NCBI GenBank assembly: GCA_965232815.1 | Contig: OZ247427.1 | Coordinates: 2,201,602 to 2,265,601 of the forward strand | Source: Dehalococcoidia bacterium | Lineage (GTDB): Bacteria > Chloroflexota > Dehalococcoidia > Lucifugimonadales > UBA3495 | Length of the DNA: 64,000 bases | Reading direction: 5' to 3' | Shown here: piece by piece, positions 36,456 to 44,545 of the stretch | Layout of the letters: each line of letters begins with the position of its first letter | Numbering within the stretch: position 1 is the stretch's first letter | Notes under the pieces: generated by a model | Seen by the model: only the letters and a program-made list of their open reading frames with translations | What the model was told of the DNA's origin: nothing | Database searches by the model: none | Made by a program: the position numbers and the translations under genes

Positions 36456-36720
36456 TAAGGCAGACGTCACCCCGCCGTCATAATCGGTCCCAAATCGGTG
36501 GAGGCGGGCCTTCAACCGACTGGGACCAAGCCTTGGTTACAGCGAGAACGGAAACCATGTTGAGTGATTGAAGGCGGAACTATCTGCCCGCACTGCATAC
36601 GCAATTTTCAATTGCCATCCTCGCCGAGGACCCTCTTGGAGTTATGGATGAGTCGCCACCGTGAGGCGCGGGATCCGTCGGTGACCGACCGTAGGGCTGC
36701 TGTTTCATGAGAGAGGTGTT

Positions 36721-37638
36721 ATGTACAACCTTTTGGTGGTGAACTACGACGACGCCCCCAACTACTGGGAGAACAATGCCACGCGATGGGTACGGGCATT
36801 GCCACAGGGATGGGGACTCAATCGCATGCCGGGACGAGAGCGATGGGACGAGCTACGGAAACGTCCCTGTCTCTTTACATACGAACTCAAACCGCCCGCG
36901 GTTGTAGGGCATATCGGCGAAATCGTAGATGTGGACTTTCCAGATATCAAGTACGAATTGGAAGACAGTATTGAAATCAGTCGCGACTGTCTCCGCGACC
37001 TTGGCTTCAAAACCGGTGATGAACATAGAACGCAATGGATCGAGAAAGAGGATGTTGACCTGTACAAAGTCGTAACCAAATGGCGACGGGAGGAATGTAA
37101 CGTCCGCCCCTTGCCCACAGAAGCAGAAAAGAGGCGGGTATGGGGGAACGATTACCTGTGGAAGCCTCGGTTGTTTTTGAGCCACCGTGCAGCATATCGC
37201 AGCAAAGTTTCGCAAGTGAAAGTGCTGCTGGAGCATGCAGGAGGCGCCTGCTTCGTCGCTCACGATGACATTGAGCCCGGCTCCATCTGGCATGACGAGA
37301 TCATCCACGCCTTGGATACCATGCAGGTATTCATCGGATTCATAACCGACGATTTCCATACAGGAGGTTGGCCCGACCAAGAAGTCGGGTATGCACACCA
37401 GAGGGGAATCCCGAAAGTCTTCCTGAAGTTAGGACAATGCGATCCTAGAGGCGCGGTGGCTATTGAACAGGCATTGTCTGCGAACTGGAATAACGCAGTT
37501 GCTAAACTGATCCTACATTTGCGCGAGAGCGGACTCATGCCCAAACAAGGGCCAGCATGGCCTTTGCCGAAAGACGAGGATCGCCTGCCGTGGGAACCCT
37601 ATATTGACGAGCACGGGTCCTTCCACCCTCCTGCATAG
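36721..37638 (+). CDS. TIR-like domain protein with unknown about 150-aa N-terminal domain
   Basis: The C-terminal half RLFLSHRAAYRSKVSQVKVLLEHAGGACFVAHDDIEPGSIWHDEIIHALDTMQVFIGFITDDFHTGGWPDQEVGYA follows the bacterial TIR pattern (FLSH...K..., W..eI..al, S.W..qE.g.a). RBS GAGAGAGG. Confidence 0.65.
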   Translation: MYNLLVVNYDDAPNYWENNATRWVRALPQGWGLNRMPGRERWDELRKRPCLFTYELKPPAVVGHIGEIVDVDFPDIKYELEDSIEISRDCLRDLGFKTGDEHRTQWIEKEDVDLYKVVTKWRREECNVRPLPTEAEKRRVWGNDYLWKPRLFLSHRAAYRSKVSQVKVLLEHAGGACFVAHDDIEPGSIWHDEIIHALDTMQVFIGFITDDFHTGGWPDQEVGYAHQRGIPKVFLKLGQCDPRGAVAIEQALSANWNNAVAKLILHLRESGLMPKQGPAWPLPKDEDRLPWEPYIDEHGSFHPPA

Positions 37639-37899
37639 AACGACGACTACTGCCTGATGGTTACGCCTAGACCAACATCCGAAGTGCGGCGTGCGGATGG
37701 CCGGCGACCAACCTGCGGCGATCTAATCGGCCCGCTCGCAACTCGACGGCCGATGATGTTGTGGGTCATCGTCACCCTGTCCCCAAATCGGGTGAACTGT
37801 CCGAAAATTGCTATTACGGGACAAAGCCTGTGAGCGCACGATTTCTGATATGAAAGACCTGCGGTACTTTTTGGGCAGAACGAGACTTTATAGGCAAGG

Positions 37900-38296
37900 C
37901 CTGAAAAACCCCCTTCGAGGCCCTCAAAACGCCGGTTGAGGCCCCGAAAAACGCCGGTTGAGATCGCCCAAATCCGCGATTTCGTCGTCTGTCCCGGCGC
38001 TGGACATCGCGCTCATCCGGGCGACTGGCGGCAGGTGGTCCGATCCTCTTCACTCCAATCCTCCTCATCTTTGACCGGGTACCGGTGGGCCCGGCGTCAA
38101 CGCTCGTTGCCCAAAATCCGTCGTCGTCCACCCCCCGAAAAACCCCCGTCGAGGCCCTGAAAACGCCGGTCGAGACCCTGAAAAACGCCGGTTGAGATCG
38201 CCCAAGTCCGCGATTATTGTCGTCTGTCCCGGCGCTGGACATCGCGCTCACCCGGGCGAGTTGCGGCCGCTGGTCCGGTTTTCCTCATCTCCAATG
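37900..38296. repeat. two tandem copies (period about 234 bp) of a unit that opens with three 21-22-nt iteron-like subrepeats (CCCYSAAAA(A)CGCCGGTYGAGR)
   Basis: Subrepeats at 37900-37920, 37921-37941, 37942-37963 and at 38133-38154, 38155-38175, 38176-38197. Each set is followed by the conserved TCGCCCAARTCCGCGATT...GTCTGTCCCGGCGCTGGACATCGCGCTCA. Confidence 0.85.
38088..38144 (+). repeat. right copy of the 57-nt direct repeat
   Basis: GGCCCGGCGTCAACGCTCGTTGCCCAAAATCCGTCGTCGTCCACCCCCCGAAAAACC; see 33832-33888. Confidence 0.8.
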
Positions 38297-38383
38297 AAAC
38301 GGGAATCCGGTCAGTCCCAATCGCAGCATGCCTCACCCCTGCGCCTGCCGGTGGCGGCGCCGAAACGAATCATCCCCGCGCGC

Positions 38384-38411
38384 GTAGGGGCAAATAATCA
38401 TTCGCCCTTAC
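38384..38411. repeat. GTAGGGGC...GCCCTTAC hairpin (family 1, degenerate copy)
   Basis: gtaggggcaaataatcattcgcccttac, upstream of moaD. Confidence 0.6.
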
Positions 38412-38533
38412 ACCGTCGCCAATACAATGTCCGGCGTGCCAAGCGCCGGAAACGCCAAATACCTACCCCTGACAGCCCCGAGGTTTGCCGTCGCATTGAC
38501 ACCGTGGTACCGCCAGCACATAATCTAGCCGCC

Positions 38534-38785
38534 ATGCGTTTTGATGTTCGATTGTTTGCCCTGTATCGTGAGCGGGCCGGGGCGTCGTTGGTGACGGTGG
38601 ATTTGCCCGACGGCGCATCGGTTGGAGACCTCACGTCGGCAGTGCGGGTTGACTATCCGCGGCTGGCGCCGCCTGAGGTTCGGATCGTGGTGGCAGTGAA
38701 CGCAGAATACGCGGATGATGACCAGTTGCTTCAACCGGGCGACGAGGTTTGCCTGATCCCTCCCGTAAGCGGAGGACGCGGTTAG
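38534..38785 (+). CDS. moaD: MoaD/ThiS family sulfur carrier (molybdopterin synthase small subunit)
   Basis: The internal ATG at 38534 gives an 83-aa protein (MRFDVRLFALYRERAG...CLIPPVSGGRG) with the near-C-terminal GG. The upstream part of ORF 38192 is a translated repeat. Confidence 0.8.
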   Translation: MRFDVRLFALYRERAGASLVTVDLPDGASVGDLTSAVRVDYPRLAPPEVRIVVAVNAEYADDDQLLQPGDEVCLIPPVSGGRG

Positions 38786-38791
38786 CGGAGG

Positions 38792-39280
38792 TTGCTAACG
38801 ATGATTATCCTTACGGACGAACCGCTGGACCCGGCGGCGGTCACCGACTCGGTGCGACGGGACGGCAACGGAGCGGTGGTCACATTTCTGGGGACAACCC
38901 GGGACAATTTCGGGGGGAAGACCGTCACGCGGCTGGAATACGAAGCGTATGACGCGATGGCGATCAAGAAAATGCACGAGGTGAGGGACAGCCTGCGCGC
39001 GGACTATGGCATCGAGGATATCGCCATCGCGCACCGGACGGGCCGGGTGGACGTTGGGCACATCAGCCTGGTGGTGGCCGTGGCGTCGCCGCACCGGGTG
39101 AAGGCGTTTGAGGCGTGCCATGAGGCGGTCAACCGCATCAAGACGATCGTGCCGATATGGAAGAAGGAGTGGTTCGCCGACGGTTCACGCTGGGTGGCTT
39201 GCGAGGACCACGAATTCGCCGACGAGGCGGAGCACCGACATGCCCACGCCGAACGGCACGCGGTGACTACCGGAGACTGA
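38792..39280 (+). CDS. moaE: molybdopterin synthase catalytic subunit
   Basis: GAVVTFLGTTRD, IAIAHRTGRVDVG, VVAVASPHR and PIWKKE motifs. Confidence 0.85.
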   Translation: MLTMIILTDEPLDPAAVTDSVRRDGNGAVVTFLGTTRDNFGGKTVTRLEYEAYDAMAIKKMHEVRDSLRADYGIEDIAIAHRTGRVDVGHISLVVAVASPHRVKAFEACHEAVNRIKTIVPIWKKEWFADGSRWVACEDHEFADEAEHRHAHAERHAVTTGD

Positions 39281-39334
39281 CCGCGGCCAAATATGTGGAA
39301 CCGTGCCCTTGAATCCGCCGGTTCGAGGGCTTTT

Positions 39335-39973
39335 TTATCGCAGGCCGTCGAGCAGGTGGACGAGGATCGTGCCTGATTCGAGGTCGATGCGCTGGATGAC
39401 CTGGGAGATCGCGGGCAACAGGATCTCGGGGCCGGATTCGCTTTTGACCACGTAGACGTCGTTGCTCCCGGTGACGAGGATTTCGCGGACGGCGCCGAGG
39501 TCCTCTCCCTTGTCGGTCAGGACGGACAGGCCGATCAACTGGTAGTGATAGTATTCGCCGGGCAGCAGATCGTCGGTGGGTCCGACGGGGGCAAAAATCC
39601 ATTCGCCGGCCAGTGATTGGGCTGCGGATGGGTTCAAATCACGCAAACCCAAGAGCGCCTGGCCGTTGGGCATGGCCTGGTGGGAATCGATAACCCTGGA
39701 TGCGTCGCCGACGGTGATCGATTCACCAACGGTGAACCGGTTCGGGTTGTCGGACAGGGATTGGATCCTCAGGATCCCATCGAGGCCGTGGGGACGCAGC
39801 ACCCTGCCGACGAGGACACAGCCTGCGGGGGCCTCGGGCTCCGGTGAGGCCGAGGGCGGATTCCCAGGAGGCTTGTTGCCCCGGGAAGCCGGCCGGCGTC
39901 CGCGACGTCGGGGCTGACGGGGGCTAGACAATCTCCAAGACGGCGCGGGTTCCGTCCTTGACCGCGGCGACAC
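39335..39973 (-). CDS. rimM: 16S rRNA processing protein RimM (with Pro/Arg-rich N-terminal extension)
   Basis: GRVLRPHGLDGILRIQSLSDNPNRF and the PRC-barrel part GEYYHYQLIGLSV...SNDVYVV. The GTG start overlaps the KH gene by 50 nt, and no in-frame alternative start was found downstream. Confidence 0.8.
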   Translation of the reverse strand: MSPRSRTEPAPSWRLSSPRQPRRRGRRPASRGNKPPGNPPSASPEPEAPAGCVLVGRVLRPHGLDGILRIQSLSDNPNRFTVGESITVGDASRVIDSHQAMPNGQALLGLRDLNPSAAQSLAGEWIFAPVGPTDDLLPGEYYHYQLIGLSVLTDKGEDLGAVREILVTGSNDVYVVKSESGPEILLPAISQVIQRIDLESGTILVHLLDGLR

Positions 39974-40151
39974 GGAGGAGGACGCGCATTGCCTGAGCGA
40001 CCCTGCCCTGGCGGCCGATCACTTTGCCCTTGTCTTCAGGGGCTACTTCCAGGCGGATCACGATCTGGTCGCCTTCGTCGGATTCTGTGACACGCACCGC
40101 TTCGGGGTTAGAGGTCAGAGACTGGGCTATAAACTCAATCAGTTCTTTCAT
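39924..40151 (-). CDS. KH-domain RNA-binding protein (YlqC/UPF0109)
   Basis: EDKGKVIGRQGRVAQAMRVLL (GxxG KH loop), located between rpsP and rimM as usual. Confidence 0.85.
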   Translation of the reverse strand: MKELIEFIAQSLTSNPEAVRVTESDEGDQIVIRLEVAPEDKGKVIGRQGRVAQAMRVLLRVAAVKDGTRAVLEIV

Positions 40152-40404
40152 CGGCGTGTACCTTGTCGAAAATGCCGTTGAAATCGAAGATGCGACGCAC
40201 CGGGTCGGAGGGTTGAGCGCCTTTGCGCAGCCAATCGACTGCCCGATCTTCGTCGAGGGTTACCGCCGGGGGGTCTGCCATTGGGTCGTAGTGGCCAATG
40301 CCGTCGATATAGGCGCCGTCGCGGGGGTTGCGCTGGTCGGTGACGACGATTCGATAGTAGGGGCGGCCTTTCTTTCCTATTCTCCGCAGGCGAATCCGTA
40401 GCAT
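40135..40404 (-). CDS. rpsP: 30S ribosomal protein S16
   Basis: MLRIRLRRIGKKGRPYYRIVVTDQRNPRDG. Confidence 0.95.
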   Translation of the reverse strand: MLRIRLRRIGKKGRPYYRIVVTDQRNPRDGAYIDGIGHYDPMADPPAVTLDEDRAVDWLRKGAQPSDPVRRIFDFNGIFDKVHADERTD

Positions 40405-40815
40405 TTGAACTCCGTGGCTGAAATTACGAATGGGGTATCTTTCAATGTATGATTAGCCGACGGATTTGTCAAACAGCCTGAGCATGTTGAGCAAGTTCGC
40501 ACGGGTATCGGTTCGGGGCGGCCAATCGTGGGGATCTACGGCGGCCGTTAAAAGGGTATCGGGCCCAGACTGGACCTTTGGCTTGCCGCCCGATGCTCCC
40601 AAAAACCTTGGGGCGACGGTAGACACTGGTCTGGGCCCGACTGACGGGCTAATTGCCGTTTTAGAAAAGCGATGACGCTAAGAGGCGCTCACCCCGTCGT
40701 GTCCAGACTGGTGCCTACCATCGCCCCAGCATGTTAAACTTACTTCCATTCGCATCACCTCCTTTCTAAATTTTCCGCACAGCGGTTAGTGGGAATTTAC
40801 TACCAGGTCGAATAG

Positions 40816-41799
40816 TTGTCAAGCCGTTTGGAAAGAGATTTTCGGGATCAATCGCGAGGCGAAAAATCGCTTCGCGCGGTGTTCATGGGCACGCCGAGTT
40901 TCGCGGTGCCGGTGCTGGACGCTTTGTACGAATGCCGGGAGGTTGAGGTGGCAGCGGTGTACACGCCGCCGGACCGCAAACGGGGGAGAGGGCAGACACT
41001 GGAGGCGTGCCCGGTAAAGGCTCGCGGAGAGGAACTGGGAATTCCGGTCGTCCAGCCGGGCACGTTCCGCAATGCTGAGGCGGTGTCCGAGCTGGAATCG
41101 TACCGGCCGGACGTGATCGTGGTTGCGGCGTACGGACGACTGCTGCCCGCCGATGTGCTTGCGATACCGCGGTTGGGGTGCCTGAACCTGCATCCGTCGC
41201 TGCTGCCCAAGCACCGCGGGCCGGCGCCGGTGGCCGGGGCGATCCTGGCTGGCGACGCCGTGACGGGCGTGTCGCTAATGCTGCTGGACGAAGGGATGGA
41301 CACGGGTCCCATTGTCGCTCAATGGGAACGGCGGATTGATGAAATAGACGACGCGGCGACGCTCACGGAGACGCTGTTCGCTGATGGAGCGGCGCTGTTG
41401 ATTGAAACGCTGCCGGGGTGGGCCGAAGGGTCGGTGTCGGCGGAGGCGCAGGACGACGTGCGAGCGACCTACACCAGCAAACTGGAACGGGCCGACGGGT
41501 TGGCGGACTGGGGGTTGAGCGCGGAGGTTCTGGCCAGACGGCAGCGGGCTTACACGCCGTGGCCGGGACTGTATACGACCTGGGAAGGGAGTGAGCTGAA
41601 GCTGCTGGAGGTTGCCGCGGTTTCGGGTGTGAACGCGGAGCCGGGCCGAGTTAGCAGCACGTCTGATTATGAGGTTGCGGTAGGAACCGGGGATGGACTG
41701 CTGGCGGTCAGGCGGTTGCAGTTGGCAGGACGCCGGTCCAGCAGCGGTGAGGATTTTTTGCGGGGATACCCCGAATTTCCGGGATCGATGCTGGTGTGA
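40816..41799 (+). CDS. fmt: methionyl-tRNA formyltransferase
   Basis: VFMGTPSFAVPVLDAL, NLHPSLLPKHRGPAP. The TTG start from the ORF track is uncertain, and GTG 40879 is an alternative. Confidence 0.9.
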   Translation: MSSRLERDFRDQSRGEKSLRAVFMGTPSFAVPVLDALYECREVEVAAVYTPPDRKRGRGQTLEACPVKARGEELGIPVVQPGTFRNAEAVSELESYRPDVIVVAAYGRLLPADVLAIPRLGCLNLHPSLLPKHRGPAPVAGAILAGDAVTGVSLMLLDEGMDTGPIVAQWERRIDEIDDAATLTETLFADGAALLIETLPGWAEGSVSAEAQDDVRATYTSKLERADGLADWGLSAEVLARRQRAYTPWPGLYTTWEGSELKLLEVAAVSGVNAEPGRVSSTSDYEVAVGTGDGLLAVRRLQLAGRRSSSGEDFLRGYPEFPGSMLV

Positions 41800-41829
41800 T
41801 GTCGAGCTGGGGGAGGCGGTCGCATGAGG

Positions 41830-42012
41830 CTAGCGACCGACTCCCTGGTGGAATTTCCTGGTGCCGCAGCGAACGCAATACCCGATGGTGGCGGGCATGC
41901 CGTTGCGCATGGTGATTATCTCGGGGTCTCGGGTTGCGGTGTTGGCGTTACAGCGCGCGCAGTAGATGATGGGTTCCCTAGGCTCCCTAGGTTCCCGCGG
42001 ATTTGGGGCCAT
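41830..42012 (-). CDS. small zinc-ribbon protein (DUF5679-like)
   Basis: CARC...x24...CVRCGTRKF, with the ITMRNGMPATIGYC core as I recall for DUF5679. The N-terminus carries PREPREPREP, encoded by a 9-bp x3 repeat. Confidence 0.65.
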   Translation of the reverse strand: MAPNPREPREPREPIIYCARCNANTATRDPEIITMRNGMPATIGYCVRCGTRKFHQGVGR

Positions 42013-42374
42013 GAGTTGTCTCCCTTATGCCGGGTTGGTTACCGCGTCGAAACGGGCGTGTCATGGCTGGCACGCGACCCCGGTGGCCCGGTATGAACCG
42101 GGCACGCGGGTGTTTCATCAGCAGCGCTTCACATTGGAAGCTCGCTGTTTTACCAACGTCGCCCGTGCTATGTGCACGTGGTGGGCGTATGGTGCTGGCA
42201 TCTTTAATTACGCCGGGTGAAGCGTGGCGGTTTGCAGGGGGTGGTGGCGACTCCCGGAATTTGCCGACACGGTGACGGGCCGGGTCGACGGTGCGCTGAC
42301 GTGCGTCAATCTCCGGCGTAAGTCAATTCTGGTTGGTGTAGAATTCCGGCAACTCAGCCGGCCCTGACCGGCAG

Positions 42375-43343
42375 ATGGCAACGGAGGGACTTATGGCGTT
42401 CGCGGGAGTGCCCACAGAGGCGCAAGTGTTGGAGTGGTACCGGAGCGAGAACAACTGGGGGCGATGGGGTCAGCAGGACCAACTGGGTGCGCTGAACCTG
42501 ATCACCCAGGCCAAGAGGACGCAGGCAGCAGGGCTGGTGCAGACGGGGGAGACGGTAAGCTGCGCGCGGCCGATCACCACGGATATGGCTCCGGACATCA
42601 GCCACCAGGTGCAGCGGTTCATGGTGGATAGTGGCGAGGGTCGGGACACTGACCCGCTGGAGCGGCGCAATTCGCGACGAGGAGCCGCCGAGTTCATCGG
42701 GATGGTGTTTCACGGGCAGACGATCACGCACATCGATGCGCTGTCGCACTATTCCCACGACGGGTTAATGTACAACGGGGTGCCGGCGGCGGTGGTGACG
42801 GCGCGCGAGGGGGCGCAGAGCCATGCCATCGACCTGACGGCGCAGGGACTGGTGAGCCGGGGAGTGCTGCTGGATATACCCAAGATCCGAGGAGTTGACT
42901 GGCTGCCGCCGGACGCGCCGGTAGTGCCCGAGGACCTGGACGCGGCCGAGCGCGACCACGGGTTGACCGTGGAGTCCGGAGATATTCTGCTGGTGCGGGC
43001 GGGCAACTACCGCAGGCGGCTGGTGGAGGGACCGTTGCCTCCGACGGAACCGAGCGTGGCGTGCCACGTGGCGTGCGCGCCGTGGTTCAAGGAGCGGGGG
43101 ATCGCGATGCTGGGGACGGACACGTCGAACGACATCCGGCCCAATGAGTACCCGAACATCGTGTCGCCGCTGCACATTTCGTGCCTGGTGTACCTGGGTG
43201 TGTGGCTGATCGACAACGCGAACCTTGAGGAAGTGGCGGAGGTGGCGGCGCGGCACAACCGTTACGAGTTCATGTTGTCGATAGGGGCGTTGCGTTTGAG
43301 GAATGTTACGGGGAGCCCGGTGAACCCGATCGCGATTTTCTAG
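42375..43343 (+). CDS. cyclase family protein (kynurenine formamidase-like)
   Basis: FHGQTITHIDALSHY and MLGTDTSNDI motifs. Confidence 0.8.
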   Translation: MATEGLMAFAGVPTEAQVLEWYRSENNWGRWGQQDQLGALNLITQAKRTQAAGLVQTGETVSCARPITTDMAPDISHQVQRFMVDSGEGRDTDPLERRNSRRGAAEFIGMVFHGQTITHIDALSHYSHDGLMYNGVPAAVVTAREGAQSHAIDLTAQGLVSRGVLLDIPKIRGVDWLPPDAPVVPEDLDAAERDHGLTVESGDILLVRAGNYRRRLVEGPLPPTEPSVACHVACAPWFKERGIAMLGTDTSNDIRPNEYPNIVSPLHISCLVYLGVWLIDNANLEEVAEVAARHNRYEFMLSIGALRLRNVTGSPVNPIAIF

Positions 43344-43367
43344 CCGGGTCAGAGGTGGTTGTTGAAC

Positions 43368-43396
43368 GTAGGGGCGGGTCTCAGACCCGCCCCTAT
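43368..43396. terminator. GTAGGGGCGGGTCTCAGACCCGCCCCTAT hairpin between convergent genes
   Basis: Located between the cyclase stop (43343) and the htpX stop (43425). There is no strong T-run, so terminator function is inferred from position. Confidence 0.5.
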
Positions 43397-43424
43397 CTCA
43401 TTGGGTAGGTGGATTAGGTATCGG

Positions 43425-44396
43425 TCAGAAGTTGGGGCGGTCGCTGCTGTCGGGGATTTCGTAGTTTGGTTGGTCGTTCCTGGTGGGCGTCTCGATGCCG
43501 GATGTGTCGATACTCGATGTGTCGACGTCGTCGAACCTGGGGCGGACGTTCATGGCACGGAGGCGGCGGCAGCGTTCTTCGATGGGAGGGTGAGTGGAGA
43601 ACAGGCGCGCCATGGACTTGCCGCTGAGGGGGTTGACGATGAAGAGGTGAGAGGCGGCCTCGTTGACCTTCATGGGGCGGATTTCGGAGCCGAGTTCCAG
43701 CTTTTCGAGGGCGCGAGCCAGGGCATCCGGATCGCCGCAGTTGTGGGCGCCGGTCTGGTCGGCCTGATACTCACGGGCGCGGGAGATGGCGAGGCGGATG
43801 ATGGTGGCGGCGATGGGCATGATGATGGCGATGATGAGGAGGGTGATGATGTTGCCGCCGCCGCCTTCGTCGTCGTCGCTGTGGCCGCCGAAGCTGCCGA
43901 ATATGGCGGCGAACTGGGCCATGAAGGCGAGCATGGAGATGGCGCCGGCGATGGTGGCGACGGTGGCCATGATGAGGGTGTCGCGATTGCCGACGTGGGC
44001 CATCTCGTGGGCCATGACGCCGGCGAGTTCGTCACGGGTCAGGATGCGGCGGATGCCGGTGGTGGCGGCGACGGCGGCGTTCTGGGGATTGCGGCCGGTG
44101 GCGAAGGCGTTGGGGGAATCAGAATCGATCTCGTAGACCCGGGGCATGGGCATGTCGGCCCGGCGGGCCTGCTCTTCGACGAGGTCGTAGAAGTCGGGGT
44201 CGTCCTCGCGGGTAATTTCCTTGGCGTGGGCCATGCTGAGGGCGATCTTGTCGCTGAACCAGTAGGCGCCGAAGTTCATCGCCAGGGCGAATACCAACGC
44301 TATGACAAGGCCGGCCTGGCCGCCGATGGCGGCGCCGATCAGCAAGAGCATGCCCGTCAAGACCATCAGGAGGAAGAAGGTTTTGAGAGTGTTCAT
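43425..44396 (-). CDS. htpX: zinc metalloprotease HtpX (M48)
   Basis: HEMAHVGNRD and ISRAREYQAD. The start is set at the Met at 44396 (MNTLKTFFLLMVL) instead of 44525. Confidence 0.9.
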   Translation of the reverse strand: MNTLKTFFLLMVLTGMLLLIGAAIGGQAGLVIALVFALAMNFGAYWFSDKIALSMAHAKEITREDDPDFYDLVEEQARRADMPMPRVYEIDSDSPNAFATGRNPQNAAVAATTGIRRILTRDELAGVMAHEMAHVGNRDTLIMATVATIAGAISMLAFMAQFAAIFGSFGGHSDDDEGGGGNIITLLIIAIIMPIAATIIRLAISRAREYQADQTGAHNCGDPDALARALEKLELGSEIRPMKVNEAASHLFIVNPLSGKSMARLFSTHPPIEERCRRLRAMNVRPRFDDVDTSSIDTSGIETPTRNDQPNYEIPDSSDRPNF

Positions 44397-44545
44397 GACG
44401 TCCTCGTGGATTGTCGCGTGCGTGTGGCGTGACTCTGATTGAATTGTACCAAAGGTTGTATCGGGGCCGAGGCACGGTTTGGGCACTCCCGGAAGGTGGA
44501 GCGGGTATAATTCATGCGATTCCAAAATGAGAGAGGCGGCAACAG

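Noticed and set aside
36721-37638. Thoeris (ThsB) assignment for the TIR-like gene
   Set aside because: No ThsA (SIR2/Macro-SLOG) gene is adjacent. It is left as an orphan TIR-like protein.
37814-38251. 145-aa minus-strand ORF with repeated STGVFRA peptides
   Set aside because: Its periodicity simply mirrors the 21-22-nt DNA subrepeats, and there is no RBS. It is treated as non-coding repeat DNA. The same applies to the 5' part of ORF 38192..38785, upstream of the moaD ATG.
40466-40675. 69-aa ORF between rpsP and fmt
   Set aside because: It has a TTG start without an RBS, and its sequence coincides with a long stem-loop. It is more likely RNA structure than coding.
41971-41998. 9-bp x3 repeat (PREPREPREP) as a regulatory repeat
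   Set aside because: It lies inside the N-terminus of the DUF5679-like ORF and stays in frame. It is probably just a low-complexity coding expansion.
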